A stretch of 64,000 nt of DNA, taken from positions 1-64,000 of IMG/VR virus record IMGVR_UViG_2866513116_000002. The stretch is one strand, 5' to 3'. The DNA is from a virus. Its lineage: Duplodnaviria > Caudoviricetes. The position numbers and the translations under genes are program-made. This document shows positions 26,377-35,009 of the stretch, one piece after another. The notes below the pieces were generated by a model, which searched no databases, had not been told where the DNA came from, and saw only the letters and a list, made by a program, of their open reading frames with translations. The stretch's first letter is position 1, and each line of letters begins with the position of its first letter.

Positions 26377-26594
26377 TGCCCCGCAACCCTGATGGTCTAC
26401 CCGCTGCACGGTGGCAGACGGTCGAATACGACAACGGACACCGTAATCAACAGCGCTACCGGTCCGTGATACGCGGCAACCGGTACGAAACACGAGTCGA
26501 CACCCGCCGCGACCCCACCTGTCTATGCCTCGCATGTCGGCGACGGTGCCTGGGGGAGACGACGAAGAAGGAGGAGGTGAACGAGAAGCAGTGA
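26376..26594 (+). CDS. Hypothetical phage protein
   Basis: Coupled ORF, C.C..C motif. Confidence 0.5.
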   Translation: MPRNPDGLPAARWQTVEYDNGHRNQQRYRSVIRGNRYETRVDTRRDPTCLCLACRRRCLGETTKKEEVNEKQ

Positions 26595-27478
26595 GAACGC
26601 ATGGAAGGCTCCTCGTCTCGATTTGGCGCGACAAGGACTTCGTCTCCTGCAGCGTTGAGGCCCAGCGCTGCTACATGATGCTGCTCGCGCAGAAGGACGT
26701 GAACAACGCGGGCGTCCAGCCGCTCATGATCCGCAAGTGGGCGCGAGGTTGTGAAGCGACCTCCGAGGACGACATTGTGCGAGCGCTCAATGAGCTACAG
26801 GGCGCTCGATTTGTCTGCTACGACGTCGACTCCGAGGAGTTGTTGATCCGTTCGTTCATCCGTAACGACGGAATCGTGAAGCAGCCGAACGTGCTCAAGA
26901 ATGCGCTCCGGGTGGCCGAGCAAACCGAGTCGCCGAGGCTCCGTCAGGCGCTCTCCGACGAACTGCAAACTCTTGGCCGCAAGGACGCCTCAGAGGTGGC
27001 TTCGCGAATGGCTGTGGAAGGCAGCGGAAACCCTTTCGAGAACCCTTCGGAAACCCTTCCTGAACCCTTGAACCCTTCGGGAACCCCTCGCGAACCACGC
27101 GGAGATGGGGATGGGGAGGGGGTAACTAACAACGTTGTCTCACCTTCAGATTCCAAGAGAGTTTCCGCGCAGAAGCGCGGCACCAGACTCCCAGAGGGGT
27201 GGATGCCCGATCAGTCGGTGATCGCACAGATGCGCCAAGAGCGGCCAGACGTCGACCTCCAGGCAGAACATCGCAAGTTCGCGGATCACTGGAAGGCGGC
27301 CACTGGGAAGAACGCGACCAAGCGGGACTGGGACGCAACCTGGCGGAACTGGATCAGGAATGCCCGCGGCAGTTCCCGTGTCGCGCCCATCTCGACCACC
27401 GACGCGCGTATCGCAGCCGCCCAGGCACTCAAGGATCGACCCGCCAACGTTCACCCCTTGCGAGGACTCGAAGCATGA
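26591..27478 (+). CDS. Replication initiator protein
   Basis: IW.D.DF..Y..LL N-terminal wHTH-like region; RGTRLPEGW.P and F.DHW..K.DW.ATWRNWIR C-domain; internal iterons. Confidence 0.8.
   Translation: MRTHGRLLVSIWRDKDFVSCSVEAQRCYMMLLAQKDVNNAGVQPLMIRKWARGCEATSEDDIVRALNELQGARFVCYDVDSEELLIRSFIRNDGIVKQPNVLKNALRVAEQTESPRLRQALSDELQTLGRKDASEVASRMAVEGSGNPFENPSETLPEPLNPSGTPREPRGDGDGEGVTNNVVSPSDSKRVSAQKRGTRLPEGWMPDQSVIAQMRQERPDVDLQAEHRKFADHWKAATGKNATKRDWDATWRNWIRNARGSSRVAPISTTDARIAAAQALKDRPANVHPLRGLEA
27026..27100 (+). repeat. Iteron-like repeats (GAACCCTT-like, about 7 copies), putative origin
   Basis: GAAACCCTTTC/GAACCCTTCG/GAAACCCTTCC/GAACCCTT/GAACCCTTCG/GAACCCCTCG/GAACCACG. Confidence 0.75.
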
Positions 27479-27813
27479 ACCGCAACCAGATCATCGACCT
27501 TTTGACCATCGCCTCGGCGTATGACCGCCGCACGATCGGGGAGGGCGACATCGCCGCCTGGTCGGAGGCGTCACGCCGCGCCGGGTGGCGTCTCGAGCTT
27601 GCGACGGACGCGATCCACGAGCACTATGCGCAGACCTCGAAGTGGCTGATGCCCGGTCACATTACCGAGCGGATCAAGCTCGCGGCCCGACAGCCTGCGC
27701 CGGTCGATGAGGCGATGCGACAGCTTGGCGCAGCCCCGCCGGCATCGGCCGAGCGCCGTGCCGAGGTGATGGCCGAGATCCGAAAGTTCGCCGATCGGAA
27801 GGCGATGCCATGA
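27475..27813 (+). CDS. Putative helicase loader/inhibitor
   Basis: MNRNQIIDLL..ASAYDRRT..AW..A..HY..LMPGHI, directly after the initiator. Confidence 0.65.
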   Translation: MNRNQIIDLLTIASAYDRRTIGEGDIAAWSEASRRAGWRLELATDAIHEHYAQTSKWLMPGHITERIKLAARQPAPVDEAMRQLGAAPPASAERRAEVMAEIRKFADRKAMP

Positions 27814-28118
27814 CCAACAACATCCCTGCCGATCTCGCGCGCCTGGATGCGTCTCTCGGACCCGTGATGTGCGAGTGCGTATGCGCCGAGTGCCACGGCT
27901 CGCGGCCGGCCACCACGGTGGTGGTGATCCACGACTGCGGCAACACCCCGACGCGCAAGGCGATGCTCGCGTGTGAGTCCTGCGAACGGAACCTCGTCCG
28001 CGTGATGGCGCAGCAGATCCACGCTGCGGCACTCCGTGGGGAGATGTTCGCGTGCCGTGGTTGCGGGGTGCGCTTCCACTCAATCGCCGACTACGTGCTG
28101 GAGGTGAGCCCGCTGTGA
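27810..28118 (+). CDS. Cys-rich hypothetical protein
   Basis: Several CxxC motifs. Confidence 0.6.
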   Translation: MTNNIPADLARLDASLGPVMCECVCAECHGSRPATTVVVIHDCGNTPTRKAMLACESCERNLVRVMAQQIHAAALRGEMFACRGCGVRFHSIADYVLEVSPL

Positions 28119-28336
28119 TCCCGATCCAGGCGGCTCTACGCAACGCTGTGGGCTTCGTGGCCACTCTCACGGGTAATGACCACCCCCACGACGCCAGCGA
28201 AGCTCTCAGCGGCTCTCAGGCCCCGATTCGACCCACTCCACTCCGAAACCCGTCAAACCCCAGCGATCACCTGCCTGCCGACACCGTGTGGTGGGAGAAC
28301 CAGGCTGATCGCATCGCAGAAAGGCTCGCGAGATGA
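28115..28336 (+). CDS. Hypothetical phage protein
   Basis: Coupled ORF. Confidence 0.5.
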   Translation: MIPIQAALRNAVGFVATLTGNDHPHDASEALSGSQAPIRPTPLRNPSNPSDHLPADTVWWENQADRIAERLAR

Positions 28337-28905
28337 AAGCACCACTACAAGGCGACATCGTCGTCGTCGACGTCGAGACCACCGGACTCAACCCGGAGGC
28401 CGACCAGATTTGGGAGTTCGCGGCGATCCGTCGCCATGCCGATGGGTCGACGACTGAAACCCACATCTACCACCAGGCCCATTCGGACCTCGTGGCACAG
28501 ATGCCCGAGCGATTCAAAGCCGACTACGACCAGCGATACGGGGTGGACGGCCACGCCTACTCGACCCCTGCCGCTGCCGCGATCATCCACGCGGCCTGCG
28601 ATGGCCCCGGTGTTCATCTGGTCGGAGCCAATCCGCGCTTCGATCACGAGTTCCTGAGCCGGCTACTTGCTCGCAGTGGATTCGAGGCGCCCTGGGATTA
28701 TCACGTCATCGACGTCGAATCCATGGCCCTAGGTTGGCTTTTGGCGAAAGGGCACCGGATCACGCTGCCGTTCAAGTCCGACAACCTGGCGGAGCGTTGT
28801 GGAGTGCGTGGAACGTTCGCGCGTCACACCGCATTAGGTGACTGCCGATGGGCGCTTGCGTGGCTGGAGCGGATTGAAGAACAGTCGGTGGTGATGGGGG
28901 CATGA
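28333..28905 (+). CDS. DnaQ-like DEDDh 3'-5' exonuclease
   Basis: DVETTGL, N..FD, HTALGD. Confidence 0.9.
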   Translation: MKAPLQGDIVVVDVETTGLNPEADQIWEFAAIRRHADGSTTETHIYHQAHSDLVAQMPERFKADYDQRYGVDGHAYSTPAAAAIIHAACDGPGVHLVGANPRFDHEFLSRLLARSGFEAPWDYHVIDVESMALGWLLAKGHRITLPFKSDNLAERCGVRGTFARHTALGDCRWALAWLERIEEQSVVMGA

Positions 28906-29228
28906 ACCACCCACCCTGCTCTGTAGACGACTGCGGTCGAGACGGCATCAAACGAGGCATGTGCGAAGTGCACTACATGCGCTGGTACCGGAAGGCTATG
29001 CGCGATGGGACATTCGTGAGAGTTCAACGCCGGTCAGACTCTATACCGCCCGAAGAGGGTGTCGAAGAGTTCGAGATGCTCATGCAACACACCACCGACA
29101 TGCTGTTGGCCTGCCGACGGCTGGGGGTGCATCCACGCACCGTGATCCGATGGCATAAGCGTGCCGGAAAGCCCGTGCCACAGGGACTCTGGCAGGCGTA
29201 CAACGTTGCATCGACTCGGGTTGCGTGA
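28902..29228 (+). CDS. Zn-finger/HTH protein
   Basis: CSVDDC..GMCEVHY; RRLGVHPRTVIRW. Confidence 0.65.
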   Translation: MNHPPCSVDDCGRDGIKRGMCEVHYMRWYRKAMRDGTFVRVQRRSDSIPPEEGVEEFEMLMQHTTDMLLACRRLGVHPRTVIRWHKRAGKPVPQGLWQAYNVASTRVA

Positions 29229-29596
29229 TGACTGCGATGACTGACGAGTGTGATGCACTATGCGACGACATTGAGCGTGACCGCGACGCCCTGCGCCAGG
29301 CGTGGGATGACCACCACGACGCTGAGCAAGCTGAGGGTTTGTGGTGTGACCGCAATGATCTTCTGATTCGGATCGAGAAGTTGCGGGCCGAGGTGAAGCG
29401 GCTGACACCCCGCGAAATCACGACGGTGGTGGAGTTGGAGGCGTTGCCGAACGGGGGTGTGATCCGCTCCGACGAGGGCTGCATCTGGGAGAAAGACATC
29501 AGCGGATGGTATGAGCCGGGTTCTCGACATGAACACATCGCTTCCGACCTCGCACTCCCCGCCGCCGTGCTCTACCTACCTGAAGGTGGTGAGTGA
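29225..29596 (+). CDS. Hypothetical phage protein
   Basis: ITT..EL.ALP.G.VI motif. Confidence 0.65.
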   Translation: MMTAMTDECDALCDDIERDRDALRQAWDDHHDAEQAEGLWCDRNDLLIRIEKLRAEVKRLTPREITTVVELEALPNGGVIRSDEGCIWEKDISGWYEPGSRHEHIASDLALPAAVLYLPEGGE

Positions 29597-29784
29597 CGTT
29601 GAAGGCCAAGCACAATGGCCCCTGTGCCGACGACTGCGGCCGTTGGATTCACGAGGGTGACGAGATCGAACACCGAGACAACGGTTGGGCTCACACCACA
29701 TGCCCAGACCTGGCAGAGATGACCGGCGAGGCATCCGATGCATGCCCCGACTGTCACCTTATCCACGCAGGGGAGTGCTGGTGA
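29593..29784 (+). CDS. Small Zn-binding protein
   Basis: C..C..I..GD.I..H..C; CPDC..H..EC. Confidence 0.6.
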   Translation: MTLKAKHNGPCADDCGRWIHEGDEIEHRDNGWAHTTCPDLAEMTGEASDACPDCHLIHAGECW

Positions 29785-30185
29785 CCACCTACCGGCTCGA
29801 CCTTCCGTGGACGAAACCGCCACTGTCGATGAACGACCGCCGCAACCACTTCGCCCATGCTCGCATCGTCAAGCAGATCCGAAACACGGTGCACCTGTTA
29901 GCGATTGCCGCTCATCTGCCCCGCGATTGCGAGCACGTCACGGTACAATTGCACTACGCACCCAGAGATGAAAGACGCAGGGACACAGATAATTTGGTCG
30001 CCACGTTGAAGCCGATGTGCGATGCCCTGGCCAAGGGAACGACGGCGCATCCCGGATACGGTCTCGTCGAGGACGACACCCCGATGTGGATGTCGAAACC
30101 CGAACCGATCATCCATCCGAAGACAGGCACCGGAGTGGGGGAGATGTGGCTGGAGATCGAGGTGGAGATCGGGGTCGACGGATGA
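29781..30185 (+). CDS. RusA-like Holliday junction resolvase
   Basis: PPLSMN, RRRDTDNL..K..D.L..VEDD. Confidence 0.85.
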   Translation: MTTYRLDLPWTKPPLSMNDRRNHFAHARIVKQIRNTVHLLAIAAHLPRDCEHVTVQLHYAPRDERRRDTDNLVATLKPMCDALAKGTTAHPGYGLVEDDTPMWMSKPEPIIHPKTGTGVGEMWLEIEVEIGVDG

Positions 30186-30460
30186 CCGGATGGAAGCACG
30201 GCACCCCATCGGGCGCTCAGATGCACTACCGGATGGGCGAGAAGCCCTGCGAGGCTTGTCGAGCGGCGAAGAACGAGTACAACCGGAAAAAGAATCACCT
30301 GCGCCGCCTTGTCCACCGATGCATCTCAATCCCCGAAGGTGTGCTGGTGGAGTTGTACCTCAACGCCACTCCCGAAGCGCAGGAGCACCTGGAAGCCGTG
30401 ATCGACCTGCCCACCTTGGATCGCATGGTCGCGGCACATGACGAGAAGGAGAGCGCGTGA
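30182..30460 (+). CDS. Hypothetical phage protein
   Basis: HGT..G..H..GE.PC..C..A. Confidence 0.65.
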   Translation: MTGWKHGTPSGAQMHYRMGEKPCEACRAAKNEYNRKKNHLRRLVHRCISIPEGVLVELYLNATPEAQEHLEAVIDLPTLDRMVAAHDEKESA

Positions 30461-31068
30461 ACCCCGAAGACGCGGTGCTCGACGAAATCGACCGGCTGGT
30501 GGACGAATCCCTCGCCAAACCGTGGGATCGGATCAGCGGCTACGACAACGACATCAATCAGCCTCAGTGTCGGTGCGGGCTCGACTGGCATGGGCTGCCG
30601 AGAGGGTACTGTCCCGGGTCGGATACGGAAGGTCCTATCGACGATCCTTGGTCGCGAAGGCGTGCGAAGAGGTTGTCGAGCAACCTCGTCAATTCAGGGA
30701 CAGTCTTTGTTGCTCAAGCCAGCCCCGACCCTGAGGGCCAAAGCTGGAGTCCTCTCGGGACGGTCACCGCTGGTCCTCGATTCACCTATGCGCCGGAGTT
30801 CTCGTTCTCCACACCTCAGTGGCCGCGTATCGGGCCGTCCTATGCCGAACTGTTCCATCGCGCCAGCGAGATCTTCCCCGAGATCTTCGCCGAACTGTCC
30901 GTGACGTTCCAGAACCTCACCGCCGCAGTGGAGACCAGTAGGGAGCGTCTTGGCGCCTGGCAAGAGCCATCCGAGGAGCCGCAGACACCCCAGCAGCGAG
31001 CACTCCCGCGCCCATCCACCACCCCGCCCATGTGGGCACCGCGCGCCGACGGACGGAGACGACACTGA
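30457..31068 (+). CDS. Hypothetical phage protein
   Basis: AAGGAG RBS; IDRLVDESL, WHGL motifs. Confidence 0.65.
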   Translation: MNPEDAVLDEIDRLVDESLAKPWDRISGYDNDINQPQCRCGLDWHGLPRGYCPGSDTEGPIDDPWSRRRAKRLSSNLVNSGTVFVAQASPDPEGQSWSPLGTVTAGPRFTYAPEFSFSTPQWPRIGPSYAELFHRASEIFPEIFAELSVTFQNLTAAVETSRERLGAWQEPSEEPQTPQQRALPRPSTTPPMWAPRADGRRRH

Positions 31069-32039
31069 TGCAGTGCACGAAGTGCGGTGGACGAGCAACG
31101 GTGTACCTGTGCCGTGAGTGCATCCGAGAATTGGACTCCAACCTCGAGCAAATCCCGTGGATCGCTGACCGACTCACCGAGGCGTACGCGAAGCAGAACG
31201 CGCTCTCTACGCCACCGGGACCGCGGCACATCGTGGAAGCCGAGGACGATGAACAGTCCCCGATGCCGTATGACCGGGTGGCCGGCGACACCTACAACGA
31301 GTTGCGCACCGTGCTGATGCGCTGGTGCCGTGACCTCGCCGACCTGATCGGTGTGGAGTGGCTGCCCGTGGATGCCGTGCCACTGGACTTCATCGGCCCA
31401 CTACGGCCCATGATCCCGGCCAACAACACCGAGCGGATCCCGGAGATCCCCGGCCAGTTCCGCATCTCCCGCCACTACATCCCCGACATCGCGGATCTGT
31501 CCCGGTGGCTCAACGTCCACCGCTTGGATCTCGCCAACTCCGAGGATGCGGCGTTCGCGGCCCACGAGATCGACCGTGTGTGCCGCAAGGCGTTCCGGGT
31601 ACTGAATCCGCCGAAGCGGGTCTACTGCGGCCCGTGTCCCACGGTGGTGGGCAAGGATGCCCGCAACCGCCCGTTGGAGTGTGCGCAAGGCCTGTGGGCC
31701 GACTGGGATGACGACAACGACCACGCAGCCACCCATGTGGAGTGCTGGAAGTGCCGCAAGCGACACAACGTCGACGAGCTGAAGAAGCACATCTACGCTC
31801 ACGCCGATCACTTCTCGATGACGGTGGAGGAGCTGTTGAGCGTGCTCGACAACCTTGGGGAGCCGGTGCCGCAGTCCACGTTGTACCGGTGGATCAAGGA
31901 GGGCCGTGTGAGACCGCGCGGATATCAGCGTGATGGACGGATCACACCGACGCGCCTGAGACGTGGTGACCCGGCGGTGTTCTCGCTCGCCGAGGTGCGT
32001 GGACTGATGGCACAGAACGAGAAACAGACGGTGGGATGA
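31068..32039 (+). CDS. Zn-ribbon/HTH protein, possible late transcription regulator
   Basis: CxxC pairs, C-terminal STLYRWIKEGR HTH, last gene of the early operon. Confidence 0.6.
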   Translation: MQCTKCGGRATVYLCRECIRELDSNLEQIPWIADRLTEAYAKQNALSTPPGPRHIVEAEDDEQSPMPYDRVAGDTYNELRTVLMRWCRDLADLIGVEWLPVDAVPLDFIGPLRPMIPANNTERIPEIPGQFRISRHYIPDIADLSRWLNVHRLDLANSEDAAFAAHEIDRVCRKAFRVLNPPKRVYCGPCPTVVGKDARNRPLECAQGLWADWDDDNDHAATHVECWKCRKRHNVDELKKHIYAHADHFSMTVEELLSVLDNLGEPVPQSTLYRWIKEGRVRPRGYQRDGRITPTRLRRGDPAVFSLAEVRGLMAQNEKQTVG

Positions 32040-32085
32040 CTCGAAAGTCGAATACTCGCGTGGAGGTGTGAAAACCGAGCGGCGC

Positions 32086-32388
32086 TCAGGCCGAGTGCCG
32101 CTCGATGTACTCGCCAACAGCGCGGCGGATGACTTCGGCCGGCGCGACGCCCTCGGCAGTGGCCACGGCCTCCAGTTGCGCCCGGAGTTCCTGCGGGAGC
32201 CGCACTGATGTGGTGGGCGTCTTCCCTCGTGCGGGGGCGGTCTTCGGTGGCCGACCGGTGCGCAGGATCGCGTGGTTGACTTCGATCTCGCCAACGATCT
32301 CGTCGGCGGTGGGCGGGTTGGCCTCGAAGTCTGCGGCCATCTCCGCATACTCGTCATCGGTGAATCGTCGTTCCATCTTCTCTCTCAC
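32086..32388 (-). CDS. Ribbon-helix-helix (CopG-like) antitoxin
   Basis: GRP..TSVRLPQELRAQL..A..G..AEVIRRAVGEY. Confidence 0.8.
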   Translation of the reverse strand: MREKMERRFTDDEYAEMAADFEANPPTADEIVGEIEVNHAILRTGRPPKTAPARGKTPTTSVRLPQELRAQLEAVATAEGVAPAEVIRRAVGEYIERHSA

Positions 32389-32684
32389 TTCCGTTGTGGC
32401 GCATAGGTGATATCGCCGAGGAGTTCAGCGATCCCGAGGTTGTTCACGAGGCTGCGGCGCAGCATCATCGCGTGGAACACCACAGCCTCGTCTTCGTCGG
32501 CCATGTCGGCCAGGACCTCGATGTAGGGCGCATTGGCGGCTGCTGGTCCGATGTGCAGGAACAGCACCGCGCCCTCACGCTTCGCCGGGAGGGAGATCCG
32601 GAGGGCGAAGTAGGCGAGGACCGTGCGGATCTCGTCGCCGGTGATCCCGTGCTGACGGGCGCTTGGGGTGATGGTGATCCGCAT
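32385..32684 (-). CDS. Toxin (BrnT/RelE-like fold, actinobacterial SAR.HG..HAM family)
   Basis: SARQHGI..IG..IEV..VFHAM.LR; coupled to the RHH gene. Confidence 0.65.
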   Translation of the reverse strand: MRITITPSARQHGITGDEIRTVLAYFALRISLPAKREGAVLFLHIGPAAANAPYIEVLADMADEDEAVVFHAMMLRRSLVNNLGIAELLGDITYAPQRK

Positions 32685-32690
32685 GAGATA

Positions 32691-32720
32691 AGTGTACTGC
32701 ACTTACCTACGATAGTGCAA
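32691..32720 (-). promoter_or_regulatory. Leaderless SigA promoter of the TA pair with operator palindrome
   Basis: TTGCAC-18-TACACT-6 nt-ATG; inverted repeat TGCACT..AGTGCA at 32698-32719. Confidence 0.7.
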
Positions 32721-32841
32721 CACAATTTCTTGAGTTCGGGCAAATCATACTTGGACGTTTTCACTAGGCGTGTGTGAGAATGGATCTGCAGCACTACAGC
32801 TGTCCCCAAAACACACCTGATCAGTGGTGTGTACCCGATCT

Positions 32842-32969
32842 TCCGCCGCGCCGCGTCAACGCCGTCTACTCATGCGGCAATGCCACGCCCATGACCGTCC
32901 TTCCGGCAACTCCGCGCGAGGCGTGAATCGGGTTCGGGCAGGACCCGAGTTGCAGCGCGGCGCGGCGGA
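32842..32969. ncRNA. Candidate structured RNA closed by a 14-bp stem
   Basis: TCCGCCGCGCCGCG pairs with CGCGGCGCGGCGGA; internal helices GCAACTC/GAGTTGC, TCGGGTTC/GGACCCGA, CACGCC/GGCGTG. Confidence 0.45.
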
Positions 32970-33052
32970 TCACCCACCGATGAAACCGAGAAACCGATGA
33001 CAGTTCTCCTCCATCTTCTTGTCGAATCACTCATCTGTGCAAGGCATTTGGC

Positions 33053-33268
33053 ATGAGTGCCGAGGCGCGCGCCGAGAAGACTGCAATTCTCACAGGCGCC
33101 ATATTGGGCGTCGTGGCGATTCTGCTCCCGCTGGCGATCGGGGTCGTGGCACTTAGTCGGGGTGGTGGATGGCTCACGTACTGCGCGGTCTACCTCGTGG
33201 TCGTTAGCTCCATCGACATCTTCCGATACTGCGTCCGCGGCGTCTCGTCCGATTCGAGACGACGATGA
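33053..33268 (+). CDS. Small two-TM protein
   Basis: Two hydrophobic segments. Confidence 0.6.
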   Translation: MSAEARAEKTAILTGAILGVVAILLPLAIGVVALSRGGGWLTYCAVYLVVVSSIDIFRYCVRGVSSDSRRR

Positions 33269-33510
33269 GCCGCCAGAATCCGAATCCCGTCGCGCACCTC
33301 GACCAGCGCGCTGTGAAGACCCTCGCAGACCACCTGAGCCACCTGGAGCATCCGGGCCGCGGTGGAGAGCCGGCGAAGATCATGCGTCTCGTCCAGCTCG
33401 ACGGCACCGGCCCGGGAACGGTGAAGATCAAGAAGGATCTCGCCGAGGCGATCATCCACCACCTCTACGTCTCCGGATTCGAGCTGAAGCGACGCAGGGG
33501 ACGCGGATGA
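33265..33510 (+). CDS. Hypothetical phage protein
   Basis: ATGA-coupled. Confidence 0.6.
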   Translation: MSRQNPNPVAHLDQRAVKTLADHLSHLEHPGRGGEPAKIMRLVQLDGTGPGTVKIKKDLAEAIIHHLYVSGFELKRRRGRG

Positions 33511-33683
33511 TCGGCCGCAAGAAACCTCAGGCCATCCCACCCCGCGCACCAAAGCAGGGAAGCGTCGAGGCGTTGCTGAAGATGTTCACCCTCACCCTGC
33601 AGCGTGCCGGCGCCACTGTCGACGTCAAGGAGCCGCAAACCCGCACCGTCGTCATGACCATCAGTTGGCGCAAGGGTCAATAA
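33507..33683 (+). CDS. Hypothetical phage protein
   Basis: ATGA-coupled. Confidence 0.55.
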   Translation: MIGRKKPQAIPPRAPKQGSVEALLKMFTLTLQRAGATVDVKEPQTRTVVMTISWRKGQ

Positions 33684-33985
33684 TGGCCGTGCTGATCGAG
33701 CTCGAAGGTGACGAGTTCGTGTGCAAGTACGGCACGATCTCATCTGCGCCGCCCGTCCTCTCGAGCGCGCCAGTGCCACTTGACATGGCTGGCTGGCTGC
33801 CAGACCTTCGGCCCGAAGATGTTCCGCCACCACCGCTGATGTTCCTCGGTACGAACATCGTCGGCACGGAGCCCTTCTACACCGTCGAGACCAACCGGGG
33901 CTCCTGGACATACCAACTCCACGAGATCGAGTGGTGGGACCGCGGTCTCGATCCCAAGTTCCGTCTCGGCGTCTGGCCAGACTGA
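33683..33985 (+). CDS. Hypothetical phage protein
   Basis: TAATG-coupled. Confidence 0.6.
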   Translation: MAVLIELEGDEFVCKYGTISSAPPVLSSAPVPLDMAGWLPDLRPEDVPPPPLMFLGTNIVGTEPFYTVETNRGSWTYQLHEIEWWDRGLDPKFRLGVWPD

Positions 33986-33995
33986 AAGGCAGCCG

Positions 33996-34217
33996 ATGCA
34001 CCCCGCAACACGACATTTGCTTGACCAGTTCCATTTCGACCACTTGCGCACCGACCATCTTCGTCGTGTGTCGCAGCAGTTCCACGACCTCGCACACGAT
34101 CTCGCCGAGGTGCTCAATGACGGCCCCGAGCTGTCGGCTGGTCTGCGCAAGCTGCTCGAGGCCAAGGACTGCTGCGTACGCCAGGCCGTCATGGACGCAC
34201 AACCGAAGGAGTCCTGA
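33996..34217 (+). CDS. Helical-hairpin protein, Acb2/Tad1-like candidate
   Basis: F.F.HL..L..VS..F..LA..GPELSAGLRKLLEAKDC.VR. Confidence 0.55.
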   Translation: MHPATRHLLDQFHFDHLRTDHLRRVSQQFHDLAHDLAEVLNDGPELSAGLRKLLEAKDCCVRQAVMDAQPKES

Positions 34218-34468
34218 TGCAGAAGGTTGACCGAGACTGGTTGGCAGCCAACGACGCCCATCCGCACATCCTGCATCTCGCGGACGTTCTGAACGGCATC
34301 GTGGAGCACCTGACCCAGGAACGGCTCGAGCGCAATCCCCACGCTTTGGATGCGATCGCCGACGGAATCGCCAATGAGCACAACGCGGTGACGATCTCCA
34401 TGCAGGCCACCGATGAGGCCACCACCGACGGAGAAGTTGAAGCCACCGACCCCTCCGGGGATGCCTGA
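34217..34468 (+). CDS. Hypothetical protein, paralog of the next gene
   Basis: AAGGAG RBS; shared VD..WL.A..PHI.H..VLN.IVE.L. Confidence 0.65.
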   Translation: MQKVDRDWLAANDAHPHILHLADVLNGIVEHLTQERLERNPHALDAIADGIANEHNAVTISMQATDEATTDGEVEATDPSGDA

Positions 34469-34932
34469 TGCGCATCGAGCGCGTCGACATCAGTTGGCTC
34501 GAAGCCCAACGCTGCGAGCCGCACATCATCCACATCAGCAACGTCCTCAACGCCATCGTTGAGGGATTGGAGCTCATCATGACCGCACAGGACGACATCA
34601 ACGCCGCAGTCGCCGAGGAGACCGCCGCCGCGACCGCGATCGCATCGGCCGTCAGTTTCGTCGCCACCGAGGTCGCGAACCTCAAGGCCGCGAATCCCGC
34701 CGTCGACACCACCGCACTCGAGGCCGCGACCTCGGGTTTGACCAGCGCTGTGGCGACCCTGCCGCAGCCCGCAACTTCCGCATCGACCGGCGACACAACC
34801 GCTCCGGCTTCGGGATCGACCAGCACCGCGACGACCACCGGATCGGGCGATGCCTCGACCACCGGTGCAGCGGCGAGCAGCGACTCGACTTCCGGCACCA
34901 GCGCCACCGGTGCGGAACCAACGTCGGCCTGA
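34468..34932 (+). CDS. Hypothetical protein with A/T/S-rich tail
   Basis: Paralogous N-terminus, low-complexity C-terminus. Confidence 0.65.
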   Translation: MRIERVDISWLEAQRCEPHIIHISNVLNAIVEGLELIMTAQDDINAAVAEETAAATAIASAVSFVATEVANLKAANPAVDTTALEAATSGLTSAVATLPQPATSASTGDTTAPASGSTSTATTTGSGDASTTGAAASSDSTSGTSATGAEPTSA

Positions 34933-34941
34933 CCACCGACA

Positions 34942-34986
34942 GCCGAACCACCCGCACGTCCGTAGCCAGCGCGCGGGTGGTTCGGC
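34942..34986 (+). terminator. Strong hairpin (terminator or processing site)
   Basis: GCCGAACCACCCGC..GCGGGTGGTTCGGC 14-bp stem. Confidence 0.55.
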
Positions 34987-35009
34987 ACCTTTCGTTACGG
35001 AGCAAACCG

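Noticed and set aside
32842-32969. HDV-like ribozyme, SRP RNA or tRNA
   Set aside because: The segment between the crossing helices is too short for HDV P3/L3; the CCGGAAGG on the minus strand lacks the SRP internal-loop consensus; no cloverleaf
33465-34988. 507-aa minus-strand ORF, and similar long antisense ORFs such as 49276-50952 and 37997-39142
   Set aside because: Antisense shadows of well-supported coupled plus-strand genes in high-GC DNA; no motifs
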